Assembly: GCF_030144855.1 (NCBI RefSeq)
Contig: NC_082709.1
Location: 148,800,001-148,864,000 of the forward strand
From: Hypanus sabinus
Taxonomy: Eukaryota
Direction: 5' to 3'
Length of the DNA stretch: 64,000 nt
The notes beneath the pieces were generated by a model. The model saw nothing but the letters and a program-made list of their open reading frames with translations. It searched no databases and had not been told where the DNA came from. Of this stretch, positions 49,340-61,055 are shown in pieces. How positions within the stretch are numbered: position 1 is the stretch's first letter; the number at the start of each line of letters is the position of its first letter. The position numbers were made by a program, and so were the translations under genes.

Positions 49340-50423
49340 CTCGGAAAAACTTACAGACTCTCACAGCTATCTTGACTGTACCTTTTCCCACCCTGACACT
49401 TATAAAAATGCTATTCGCTTTTCTCAGTTCCCCTTTCTCTGCTGCATCTGTTCTCAGGATGAGGTTTTTGTTTCTAGAACATCTGACATGCCTTCCTTTT
49501 TCAAAGATCAAGATTTCCATTCCACTACAAACAATGCTACTTGCATCTGCATCTACTCCATTTCTTGGACATAGGCCCTTACCCCATCTTCTCTCTGCCA
49601 GAAAACGGATACAATTTCACCTATCCTTACCGTTCAGCATGCGAGCCTCTGTATCTAGCACCTCATTCTCTGTAGTTTCTACCATCTACAATGGGATCCT
49701 ACCACTAAACATGCCTTTCCCTCTTCTCCACTCCCCACTTTCCATAGGGATCGAGCTCGGTGTGTCTCCCTTGTCCACTTGTCCCTCCCTACTGATCTCC
49801 ATCCTGGCATTTACCCCTTAAAACATGACAAGTGCTACAACAGCCCCTAAACAACCTCCCTCTCCACCATTCAGAACCCCAAGCAGTCCTTCCAGGTGAG
49901 GCAATGCTTCATCTCTGAGTCTCTCAGTCACCCATTTTATCTGGGGCTCCCAGTTTGGCCACCTCTACATTGGTCAAGCACTTTCACTTCATCTACCAGA
50001 ACATGTGAGCATTCCCAGTGTCTACCCACTTGAATTCTCCTTCTGGTTCCTATTCTGACCTGTTGGTCTTCCCCTTCCGTACTGCGGTCTATTGCCAGGA
50101 TAAGGCCAGACTTGTGTTGGAGGAGCAACACCTCATATTCTTTCATGAAAGCCTCCAACCTGATGGCATAAACACTGGTTTCTCGAACTTATGTTAATTT
50201 CTTCCCCCTTCCCCTTCTCTGATTTACCATTCCCCGTTCTGGTTCCTCTCTGATCCCTTCTCTTTTCCTCAGCTGCTGATCATCTCTCTCTGGTGCCCCT
50301 CCTTCCTTTTCTTCAATGACACACTCCTATCAGATCACTTTTCCTTCAGCCCTTTACTTTTCCACCTATCACCTGCTAGGTTCTTACTTCAACAAACTCC
50401 CCCACACATACACTCATCTACCC

Positions 50424-51020
50424 TCAGAATCAGAATCAGGTTTATTATCATCAGCAAGTGACGTGAAATTTGTTAACTTAGCAGCAGCAGTTCAATGCAA
50501 TACATAATAAAATAAAATTAAATTAAAATAGTAATAATAAACAAGTAAATCAATGGCATTTATTGAATAGATTTTTTAAAATGTGCAAAATCAAAAATAC
50601 TGTATTTTTTTTTAAAAGTGAAGTAGTGTCCAAAGATTCAATTTCCATTTAGGAATTGGGTGGCAGAGGGGAAGAAGCTGTTCCTGAATCGCTGAGTGTG
50701 TGCCATCAGGCTTCTGTACCTCCTACCTGATGGTAACAGTGAGAAAAGGACATGCCCTGGGTGCTGGAGGTCCATAATAATGGACACTGCCTTTCTGAGA
50801 CACCGCTCCTGGAAGATATCCTAGGTACTTTGTAGGTTAGTACGCAAGATGGAGCTGACTAGATTTGCAACCCTCTGCAGCCTCTTTCAGTCCTGTGCAG
50901 TAGCCCCCCCCCCCCATACCAGTGATGCAGCCTGTCAGAATGCTCTCCACTGTACAACTACAGAAGTTTTTGCGTGTATTTGTTGACATGCCAAATATCT
51001 TCAAACTCCTAATGAAGTAT
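50424..51020 (-). mobile_element. Rex1/Babar-type LINE 3' end nested in the PLE
   Basis: Tail TCAGAATCAGAATCAGGTTTATT; minus-strand YFIRSLKIFGMS...CTVESILTGCIT. Possible TSD CTCATCT at 50413-50419 and 51021-51027. Confidence 0.85.
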
Positions 51021-51379
51021 CTCATCTGGTTTCACTTATCACCTGCCAGCTTGTGCTGCTTTCCCTCCCCCCATCTTCTAGCTTTGACCCCCTTTCCAGT
51101 CCTGACAAAGGGTCTGAACCTGAAATGACAGCTGTTTATTCCCATCTATAAATGCACTTTATTGTGTTGCTCAAGATGTTCAACACCTGCAGAATCTCTT
51201 GTGTTAATGAAGTAATATCTAGATCATGCACACTATATGGAATATAGACTCTTGTGCAGCACTTTGATCTGCAGTTCCTATTCTCGTGTAAACTTATTTT
51301 CTTTATAATTTATTCTTTTGTTTGCCTTGGTAGACTTGTCCTTGAGTAAAAAAATATGAAATTATTATTTTTTATTTGG

Positions 51380-51600
51380 AGATACAGCACAGGAACAGGT
51401 GCTTCTGGCTCAACGAGTCATGACACCCATGTGACCAATTAACCTACTAACTTGTAAGTCTTTGGCCTGTGGAAGGATACCAGAGTGTCTGGAATAAACC
51501 TGTGTGGTCATGTGGAGAGCATCAAATCTCCTTGGACACAGTGGCGGAAGGGAAGCCGGGTTGCGATGTTGCACACTATCCTTCTGAGCCACCCTGCACT
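51380..51600 (-). mobile_element. SINE (HE1/V-SINE-like)
   Basis: Antisense core ACCAATTAACCTACTAAC...GTCTTTGGCCTGTGGAAGG. Confidence 0.65.
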
Positions 51601-51632
51601 TTATCCAGTTCTCACTTCATAAATGTCTAATG

Positions 51633-51689
51633 CAGGGGTCTACAGACCCCTTGGTTAATGGTAGGGGTCCATGGCATAGAAAAAGGGTT
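51633..51689. mobile_element. Very short degenerate hAT-type MITE
   Basis: CAGGGGTC...AAAAGGGTTGGAGCCTCTG; flanks GTCTAATG / GCCAAATT (5/8 match). Confidence 0.5.
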
Positions 51690-52279
51690 GGAGCCTCTGG
51701 CCAAATTCATCTGGGGAAAACTCTAAACAGCCGCTTCCCAGATTTTACTTCCCACTTACTCTGGGCAAAATTAAATACAAGCAGCTGGCAGTATCCAGTC
51801 ACTGGCCAATTGGTTTCAAATCCTATTTGTTGTCATTGAGGTGAGAGCTTAAGCCGACGTTTTGGTTATCTGTGTGTATAAAAGCAAAAGAAGTTCCTTG
51901 GTACCCCTTGCAGACTAGAGCTGCTCCTGGCCAACATTGATCCCCATAGCAATGGTCATTTATCTCATTTAGTTTGAGACCTTACTCAATGCTAATTCTC
52001 ACATTGATCAATTGAGATGTGTGGGGAAGAGTGAAATGATTATAGGCTGAGGAAGGAATAGAAGATGTCAGCGATTTGCTAAGGGTGAGAAAATAGTGGT
52101 ATACATGAGGCAAGCAGCATAAAAGCACTACTTTTTTTCAATCTGAATCTAAATTTCAGTGTTAACTTGTTATTGCCAGATTCTTAAGATCTAATTGTCA
52201 AGTTGACTGCAGGCTGATCACAGGCCAGATAATAATTAATTATAGACACAATGTTAAATTTAGACCTGAAGTCAGAGAA

Positions 52280-52420
52280 GTCACCAGAGACTGCGTATGC
52301 AGAATCTGGAACAACAAATCAATCTACTGGAAGAACTCAGTGGGTTAGATGGTGCCCATAGCAAGAAAGGAACTATTGATGTTTTGGGCTGAAACCCTGT
52401 ATCGGAACTGAGAAGGGCTC
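52280..52420 (-). mobile_element. PLE terminal remnant with a decayed hammerhead-like motif
   Basis: ATGCAGAATCTGG...CTACTGGAAGAACTCAGTGGG...GATGTTTTGGGCTGAAACCCT, the reverse of the PLE tail. Confidence 0.5.
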
Positions 52421-53759
52421 TTCCAGCAGCATTCTGGCATAAATCATCAGCGATTCCTTTCCTTCAGCAAATGCTGTTTGACTTGCGGAGTGCTTCCAGC
52501 AGATTGGTTTCTTGTTTTACTGGTGTACTGAGGATGTTTCCATTAACATTTGATCAAAAAAATTGTACCCACGTTCTGCATTTGAAAGACTAGATGAATA
52601 AAGAGAACTGCAAATAGGACTGGGATGATTTTCTGACTTAGTAGAACATTGTCAATCTGAATTGATATTTTATTCCTCTCAAGGCAATAATGCTTCAGAA
52701 ATTAAAAATTGATCTATCAGTCAGAATTCTGATGGTACATTGCAATTATTTTCTGTGGTTTTTTTGATCAAGTACAAAAGATGTTACACAAGTCTTTAAC
52801 ATTTCTTGTGTTTCAGTGCTTTAAAAAAATCACTCCCACTTCTCTTTCTCTTGGCTTCTGTTTTAGCCATTAATTTATCATTTCTGTTTATTCTGACTTT
52901 TCATCAATTTTGTCTCCTAACTAACAACATACTTCTAGGACATCTGTTATATAAAAAAGTAACTATGAACAATGGGATATTTATGAATAAGAACAAAGGA
53001 TGGAAATATACTTAAGAAGATTATCAGAACAAAACAGTACTGGCTGTACATTTTTTTCAGAATATTAAATTGCTTTTCATTTCTCCCCCCTGAATTGCCT
53101 TTCCAGGTTTTTTTTATCATGGTGTCTGGATTTTCTTTGTTTACTGTGGTAAATATTGTTTCTGCTTAAGAATAGGGAGACAAAACTAAAAAAAAATTAA
53201 GAACCTTACTTTTACAACTGACTGATTGCAACACAATAAACAGAAGAAACTCGACTGTAGAGAAATAATGCCACAAATGTTTCACATACTTTGAAAACAA
53301 TCCCTAAACGAGGTGCTTTATGCTTTGTGTTGTTTTGGAAATGAATGGGTTGAAATTTTACCTTGGGAGTCATTGCTATTATGAAGATGGTTAGAATTAA
53401 TACTCTACTGAGTGTGACACAGGAGGATTCTCCATTTACAGCAATGCTCAATACCTACCAATCACCACAGTTTTGAAAGCAAACATGATCTGCCAGCTAT
53501 CAAGCAATATAACTTTAAAATAAGTGGTTCCTTTAGTTCATTGTAGTAATTCAGTGACTTGCAGAATTCAAGGGTTACCATCCCTTGGAGTGCTGCATGT
53601 CTAAACGGCTTTGTTAGTCGTACACAGGATTTGGATTTTGCTGGTATAGCCAGTACTTGCTGTCTGTCCATCATCCTTAAACTCCTCAGTTCCCCAGTTA
53701 AAGATATTGTAGGATCTGATGATCTGGATAGAATGAAAGAATGGAGAGGGATTTCCAGA

Positions 53760-56700
53760 AGACCGTACGTAAGCCATAGGAGCGGAATTAGGCCATCTGG
53801 CCCATTGAGTCTCCTCCGCCATTCAATCATGGCTAATCCTTTTTTTTTATCTCCTCTTCAACCCCAGTTCCCAGCCTTCCTCCCCGTAACCTTTGATGCC
53901 ATGGCCAATCAAGAACCTATCAATCTCTGCCTTAAACACACCAAATGACCTGGCTGCCACAGCTGCATGTGACAACAGATTCCACAAATTCATCACCCTT
54001 TGGCTGAAGAAATTTCTCCACATCTCTGTTTTGAAATGGCGCCCCTCTATCCTGAAGCTGTGCCCTCTTGTCCAAGACTCTCCCACCATGGAAAACATCC
54101 TTTACACATTCACTCTGTCTAGGCCTTTCAGCATTTGAAATGTTTCAGTGAGATTCCCCCCCCCCCCCCCACCCCATCCTTCTGAATTCCAGCGAGTACA
54201 GGTCCAGAGCCATCAAACGTTCCTCATATGATAACCCTTTCATTCCTGGAATCATCCTTGTGAACCTCCTCCGGACCCTCTCCAATGCCAGCACATCTTT
54301 TCTAAGATGAGGGGCCCAAAACTGTTCACAATACTCAAGGTGAGGCCTCATCAGTGCCTTATAAAGCCTCAGCATCACTTCCCTGCTCTTGTATTCTGGA
54401 CCTCTTGAAATGAATGCTGACATTGCATTTGCCTTCCTCACCACTGACTCAACCTGCAAGTTGACCTCCAAGGGTGTTCTGCACCAGGACTCCCAAGTTA
54501 CTCTTTGCCTCAGATTCCTGGATAGTCTCCCCATTTAGAAAATAGTCTGCAGGTTTATTTCTACTACCAAATTGGCATTGTCCTTCTGCAGTCTACCTGT
54601 TTCCTCAACACTACCTGCCCCTCCACCAATCGTCGTATCATCTGCAAACTGGGAAACAAAGCTATCTATTCCATCATCTAAATCAAAAAGAACTGGTCAC
54701 AAAACCTCTGCAGAACACCACTAGTCATTGGCAGCCAACCAGAAAAGGATCCTTTTATTCCCATTCGTAGCCTCCTATCAATCAGCCAATGCTCTAACCA
54801 TGTTAGTAACTTTCCTGTAACATCATGGGCACGTAACTTGGTAAGCAGCCTCATGTGTGGCACCTTGTCAAAGGCCTTATGAAAGCCCAAATATACAATA
54901 TCCACTGCATCCCCTTTATCTATCCTACTTGTAATCTCCTCAAAGAATTTCAACAGGTTCGTCAGGCAGAATTTTTCCTGAAGGAAACCACGTTGAGTTT
55001 GTACTATCTTGTACTGTGTCACCAAGTACACCGTCATCTCATCCTTAATAATTAATTTTAGCATCTTCCCAACCACTGGGCTCAAGCTAACTGGTCTATG
55101 ATTTCCTTTTTGCTGGTTTCTTACTTTCGGAAAGATTGGAGTAATGTTTGCAATTTTCCAGTCCTGACACCATGCCAGAGTCAAATCATTATTGAAAGAT
55201 CATTTCTAATGTCACCACAATCTCTCAATGCTAAATCTTTCAGAACCCAAGGTTGCAGTTCATCTGGTCTGGGTAACTTATGTACCTTTAGGTCTTTCTG
55301 CTTTTTGAGCACCTTCTCTCTTGTAACAGTAACTGCACCCACTTCTCTTCCTTCACACACTGCAACATCAGGGTCTTCCATGGTGAAGACTGACTCCAAA
55401 TACTCATTTGTTCATCAGCCATCTCTTCGTCCCCCTTATTTCTCCTGCCTCATTTTCTAGCAGTCCTATATCCACTCTCATTTCTCTTTTATTTTTAACA
55501 TATTTGAAAAAACTTTACAATCCACTTTGATATTATTTACTAGCTTGCTTTCATATTTCTTCCTTTCCTTTCTAATGATTTTTTTGTTACTCTCTGTAGG
55601 TTTTTAAAAACTTCCTAATTCTCTATCTTACCACTAATTTTTGCTTTGTTGTATGCCCTTTCTTTTACTTTTACAATAGCTTTGATTTCCCTTGTCAGCC
55701 ACGGTTGTACTATTTTACCATTTGAGTATTTCTTCATTTTTGGAATGCACATGTCCTGCACCTTCCTCATTTTTCCCAGAAACACACACCAATGCTGCTC
55801 TGCTGACATCCTTGCCAACAGCTCCTTCCAATTTACTTTGGCCAACTCCTCTCTCATACCACTGTAATTTCCTTACTCCACTGAAATACTGCTACGTCAG
55901 ACTTTACTTTCTCCCTATCAAATTTCAAGTTGAACACAATCATACTGCGATCACTGGTTCCTAGGGATTCTTTTACCTTAAGATCCCTAATCGCCTCCGG
56001 TTCATTAAATAACACCCAATCCAGTATAGTTAATCCCCTAGTACAGGGGTCGGCAACCTTTACCACTGAAAGAGCCATATGGACCCATTTCCCACAGAAA
56101 AGAAAACACTGGGAGCCACAAAACCTGTTTGACATTTAAAATGAAATAACACTGCATACAACAGGTTTTTTTGCCTTTATGCTATGTATAAACAAACTAT
56201 AATGTGTTGCATTTATGAAATTGATGAACTCCTGCAGAGAAAACGAAATTACATTTCTGCATGCAACAAAAACATTTTGAACTCCGAAAAAAAGACGTTG
56301 GGTTGAAGGTTACTCCATAGTTAGCCTACCTTGGATCGAAAGATTAAAAGAAATCGCGCCCTGGCGGGTGTCAGGCATTGGCAGTGGTGACGTATATTAA
56401 TAGCGATAAAAAACATGTTGTAGCGGTGTGCTACACGCAGCGCTAAAATAACGACACTGCAGTCAAAGATAACTTTATTCGAACTAAACAGCCTTGCTTT
56501 AAAGCCTCCCTCAACCCGCCCCCCCCCCCCCCGTGGGCGCGGATGCTCCAAAAGACACGTACTCACAAACCCCCGTAGGCTATCTCCCTTAGCCGGAACG
56601 GTGGCTAATTGTGAGCCGGTTCAGATGTGCCAGGAAATGGGGTCGCCACTACGTTTTATTTAGATTGTACAAGATCACCATAATCTTCAAATTTCGAATT

Positions 56701-56930
56701 ACATTTCAAAAACTAACAAACCACAGGGAGCCACAGCACAGAGATGAAAGAGGCGCATGCGGCTCCGGAGCCGCGGGTTGCCGACCCCTGCCCTAGTAGG
56801 CTCAATGATAAACTGCCCTAAAAAGCTACCTCTTTCCAGTTGAGGATGGTTTGTGACTTCAAGGGGAGCCTGTAGGGTATGATATACCCACTTCCCTTCT
56901 TGCCCTTGCCCTTGTCTAAAGTCTGGGTGC
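53760..56930 (-). mobile_element. Long CR1 LINE (endonuclease end through RT and 3' UTR) interrupted by the hAT MITE
   Basis: TILDWVLFNEP...LGTSDRSMIVF, QPWLTREIK, GPDELQPWVLK, DWKIANITPIF, FCLTNLLKFFEE, FHKAFDKVPH, LYKALMRPHLEYCEQFW. Confidence 0.92.
56044..56790 (+). mobile_element. hAT-type MITE, copy 2 (747 bp)
   Basis: Perfect 14-bp TIRs CAGGGGTCGGCAAC / GTTGCCGACCCCTG and a perfect 8-bp TSD CCCTAGTA (56036-56043, 56791-56798). Near-identical to 3128-3868. Confidence 0.95.
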
Positions 56931-59900
56931 ACAGTTTATTTCAGAAAGTGTCAGATTGACCATCACCCCCCCCCCCCCCATGTCGCTTATATGAGGTATT
57001 TCAACCATACATAACTATACAATACAAAAGCTATAATTAATCCATGTTTTCATTTAGATTACTGCCAATCAACAAGTCAGTAATACTTCCCTTGTTTTAA
57101 AAGTTAGTAATTTTGACTAATATTTTTAAGGTTTTCTTCAACTTATTTTTAAAACTCTTGCCAGTGTCAAAGACCAAATAATATTCTGGGTGTTTGGTCT
57201 AATCTGCATCTCATTACTGATTTTAAAATATTGAATATTTTATAAGTTGAATATGCAATGTATACTTGGCATTATTTATATTTGGTCTTTTAAACTTCTT
57301 CCAATTCTTATTTTGTTGTGCTACTTTACTAGTTAATTCTCCCACTTTTGATTTGAGGCAGGATTAAATTATTTTCATGGAAATTTGATCCACATATTTG
57401 CAATTACAGTCCACAAAAGCTTCTACTACCTGCAGAATAAAAAAAAATGAATGGGAGAATTTGTTTCTAAAGGTACATTTTGATCAAAGTAATGCATTTT
57501 TGGAGTGAATTGGACCTCTTATTTCAGAGAATAAAAAGGTTGTCGTAAGAATTACAAATTCAAAGCAGAATAGTTTAAAAAGTTCCAAAGTTTTACCCGT
57601 GTAGTTTACTTATTTCATATTTCAGTACATTTAGTTACAATTTCCAATTAAATTTGTTCTACCTGTATATTGAATTATCAGCTAATATAACAAGAAAATT
57701 TGAGGCAGTTGTGCTGAAACTCATTGGGCTCGATCTTTTCAAATTTTCTTCATGTTTAATTACCCCCGGGCAAGTTTATGCCTCTTCAAATAAGACGACC
57801 AAAACTGTTCAAACAATTCCAGGCATTGATCTTGCCAAAATGCTGCCTAGTTGTAGCAGAACTTTTATACTGCACCCACTTAAGCTTTAAAAGCTGATGT
57901 TCCATTTCCCATCCAGATTACTTGCCACACCTATATGCAGACTTTCTGTGATTCATGTGCGAGGATGTCCTGATCCTCTGCATAGCAATTTTTTGTACTC
58001 TCTCCCTTTTTAATATTCTTCCATCCATAGTGAATGACACAGATTACTGTGTGACTAATTCTGGTGAGCCCATCTTTAGCCAGGGTTTTGCTGACAGACG
58101 CATGTGGACTGTTCAGTGATCCTTTCGTCAGGTGCCTGGGCAATGACCGAAGAACCCCTGCCTGTTAAGCTGCTACAAGCCTCTGCAGTAGCATCTTGGT
58201 TCATGGTCAGAAATGCGACACGCTGTGATGCCAGATTTTGTGTAATGTTTTGAAGAGCTGGATTTTGGATGATGTTGCTAGTTAATTTGCCTCTTTGTGC
58301 ATTCACTCAGTTGTGCTTTGTTGAGTCTTAGGGAGAAAACTCAGATAAATGAAGGCAATAAACATTGAAGTATATCTGAAATGGGTGGGCACATTTTATA
58401 AAATTAACTACTGTTATTTCAGTTAGATGCATCTAATCATATGCTTCATTTTCAGAAGGAACAGTTTTATAACCCTTGGATTCAATTCCATGCTAGTCAA
58501 GTATTGAGTGTCTCCAGATGCATAACCATCTCAGAGGCTTTTATCTTTTCTTTGCAGAATCCTTTACAGCTGATCTTAGTGGTGGTATTTTCTTGATATT
58601 TACACAATAATATCACTTTGGTGAAATCCCGTGGTCTGCGAATAATCTTAAATCATTTTCTTTTGGCTGGTAGAGTTAAAAGCTGTTGCCAGATTTGGAA
58701 GAGCCGATAGATGATCTCCATACTTTAATTCTATTAGCTTTGATTCTGAAGAAACAAGTTAAATGTTGCCTTACCAGATTGTTGCTGTTATGTTTTGCTA
58801 TCTTTGTTATATTTCAGTCACAAGTTCTATACACAATCTCCTCTCTTTCTATAAGTAGTGCCTCCGATATAATAATGTATGTAGAAACTTGATTTTTTGC
58901 TCACAGGGTACAGGTTTTAACTGTGAGGTGAAATACTCCCAGGAAAGGCAAAGCTTCTTTGTATAACTGGGTTGAGGCCTGATCTCCACACGATGCCCAC
59001 CTGTGACCGATTGCTTTTTGACATGTGCACACAATTTCTCCTGCAAGAATAATTCATAAGTGTGAAATAACGGCAGTTCTTTTTGAAGTTTTGTCTAATT
59101 TGACTATCAGTATCAGTAGGCAGCAAAGTGAAGGATATAGTTAGATATTTGGACATTGGAGATGAGCTTCAAAGGGTTAGCATGCATTGCAAGATGTGAG
59201 GGAATGTTAAATAGAGCAGACTGTGACAGGCGATCGCCCAGTGTGTGAGGGAAAATATGTTCTATGAAATCCCAATGATTCTAAACCTCAACAAAGCATG
59301 GAATGCAATAAACTTCCTCTGAGGCCTTCAGGAAGTTGTCAAGGTGGTCCACTGGAGATTGGTTACATTTACTTACTGCCCTACTAAATCTATTGAACTA
59401 CTTTGTGCACTATTGTCCTGATGAAATCATCAGTATCGTGGTGATGCTTCTAGTTGCTACTTTTGCTTCCTTCCATCTATCAAGGGGTGCTGCATTCTCA
59501 ACAAATGATTCTCAAAGCAAAGATCCACACCATTGGTGCTTTATTCAGCAGTAGTCTGAAACCCTCTCCTCTCCATTTTCAACTGTCTGGGATGCTAACT
59601 GCTTTAACCAGGTTTCAAAGGTCTGCTTTGGATTTGGTCTATGCCTACCTTCATCATTTTCCACAGCTTCCCTTTCTGCCGCTCTTCTCCCAGCACGGGT
59701 CTATCTTTTTAGCAATTCTCACATCCTTTTTCTAATTTGGAATTTTCTTTTTAAATGCATTAGCTCCCTGATTTTGGGCAAGGCACTCATGTGGTGATGC
59801 CAGCCGGAAGCCCTGACATCCTGTGTGGATCAGAGCCAAATATCCTCAGCTGTGCAAACTAAAGAATATGTAACTACTTGTTCATCATGGCTCATGTTAA

Positions 59901-60619
59901 TCATTGGTATAGTTTATAGCAATGAATTTAGATTCTTGTTAAAACAGAATAGCTGAAAACTAAAATCTTAAGTCTGTAATGAAAATCCAAAAAGTTGAAT
60001 AGCAAAATCTTCCGAAAGATTGCTGTTGAAATATAGCGGTGCTTGTTTTTGTTTGTTTAAGTGTGTGTGTGTGTGTCACAATTAAAACAGGATGCATGGG
60101 TAAATAAATGTTGAATATACTTAGCTGAAATTCTCTTCATTTTAAAAAAGGTGTTAATGTACTGTACTTGCTGATAAACCAAAGCATTCATAGGTCAACA
60201 TTCACACTGAAATGTTTACAGTGCTTTAAATGAAGGCAGCTAAGACACTGCTGAAAATAGCTCTGGGTGTTGGCTCAGGAATAATGCAAAATCCCATCTC
60301 ATCCTTCTTTTTCAGTATGCTTTTTTCTTGACTGTCATTACAGTCCTTTTTGCTTTAAGAATGGATCAATATGTCCTGTAACTAGTGCTGAGAACTGACC
60401 ATACTTAGGAGCTGCTCGGTTTCAGTCCACAGCGAATGTCATAACCCATGATGCTAATACATTTTAACCTATCACTGAAATGATTTTGAGTCAGCCATGG
60501 TAACCTGCCCTTCAGCCCAGTAAGCCCACCTAGCTACGTTAATAACCCTCTTATTTCTTTTCTCCGCACATTCTGAGATGATTAGACACATAAATTGAGT
60601 GGACAGCCAGAGGAACATT

Positions 60620-60900
60620 TTCCCAGCGGAAAAATGGCTCATACGAAGAACCATCATGTTAAGATGATTGAGGGAAAGTATAAGGGTGATATCAGAGCTA
60701 TTTTTTTCCGTGGTGGGTACATGGAAAATGCACAGTCAGGGGTATCGGAGGAGGCAGGTAAATAGGGTAATTTAAAATACTGTTAGTTAGGCAGATGAAT
60801 GTCAGAAAAGTGGAGAGCTATGTGGGAGGTTTGGGGTTAGATTGATCTCAGAGGCTAAAAGATCGGACTGACATTGAACCAAAAGGCTGTACATACAATG
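60620..60900 (+). mobile_element. Old CR1 3' end
   Basis: ACATTTTCCCAGCGGAAAAAATGGCT...TTAAGATGATTGAGGGAAAGTATAAGGG, typical CR1 3' terminus. Confidence 0.65.
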
Positions 60901-60924
60901 CAGTAATGTTCTATGTTCTATTCC

Positions 60925-61025
60925 CATCAATCCCTCCCAGATTCTGCAATGGCCAATTGGCCAACTAACTTGTCCATCTTTGTGATGTTGGGGAAAAGGC
61001 AACATCCAGAGGAAATCTATGCCCC
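60925..61025 (-). mobile_element. SINE remnant adjacent to the IGSF3 Ig2 branch point
   Basis: GGCCAATTGGCCAACTAACTTGTCCATCTTTG...CATCCAGAGGAAATCTATGCCC resembles the antisense SINE core at 51440-51520. Confidence 0.45.
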
Positions 61026-61055
61026 ATTGATGATTTCTGTATTATTCTTTTCCAG

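Larger units (their letters stand above)
48455..51205 (+). mobile_element. Penelope-like element (RT C-half, GIY-YIG, 3' region), interrupted by a minisatellite and a Rex LINE
   Basis: TARFYLLPKI, SLYTSIP, KNAIRFSQF..CICSQDE and KQSFQVRQ GIY-YIG remnants. The tail resumes at 51021 with a hammerhead-like motif at 51097-51134. Confidence 0.85.
18998..61055 (+). other. IGSF3: IGSF3 intron between the Ig1 and Ig2 exons, 42,058 nt, GT-AG, repeat-rich
   Basis: Bounded by the donor and acceptor above. The two exons join without missing Ig residues, so no constitutive exon is needed between them. Confidence 0.85.

Noticed and set aside
48978-49821. Long Pro/Leu/Ser/Phe-rich ORFs (198, 126 and 260 aa)
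   Set aside because: They are translations of the stop-free minisatellite and flanking Penelope remnant, not proteins.
53847-55399. Multiple RT-like ORFs suggesting an active LINE
   Set aside because: The CR1 frame is broken by several stops, frameshifts, deletions and a MITE insertion. No intact ORF2 exists anywhere in the window.
58105-58140. Minus-strand CTGACGA resembling a hammerhead core
   Set aside because: No pairing stem II, no GAAA and no Penelope context.
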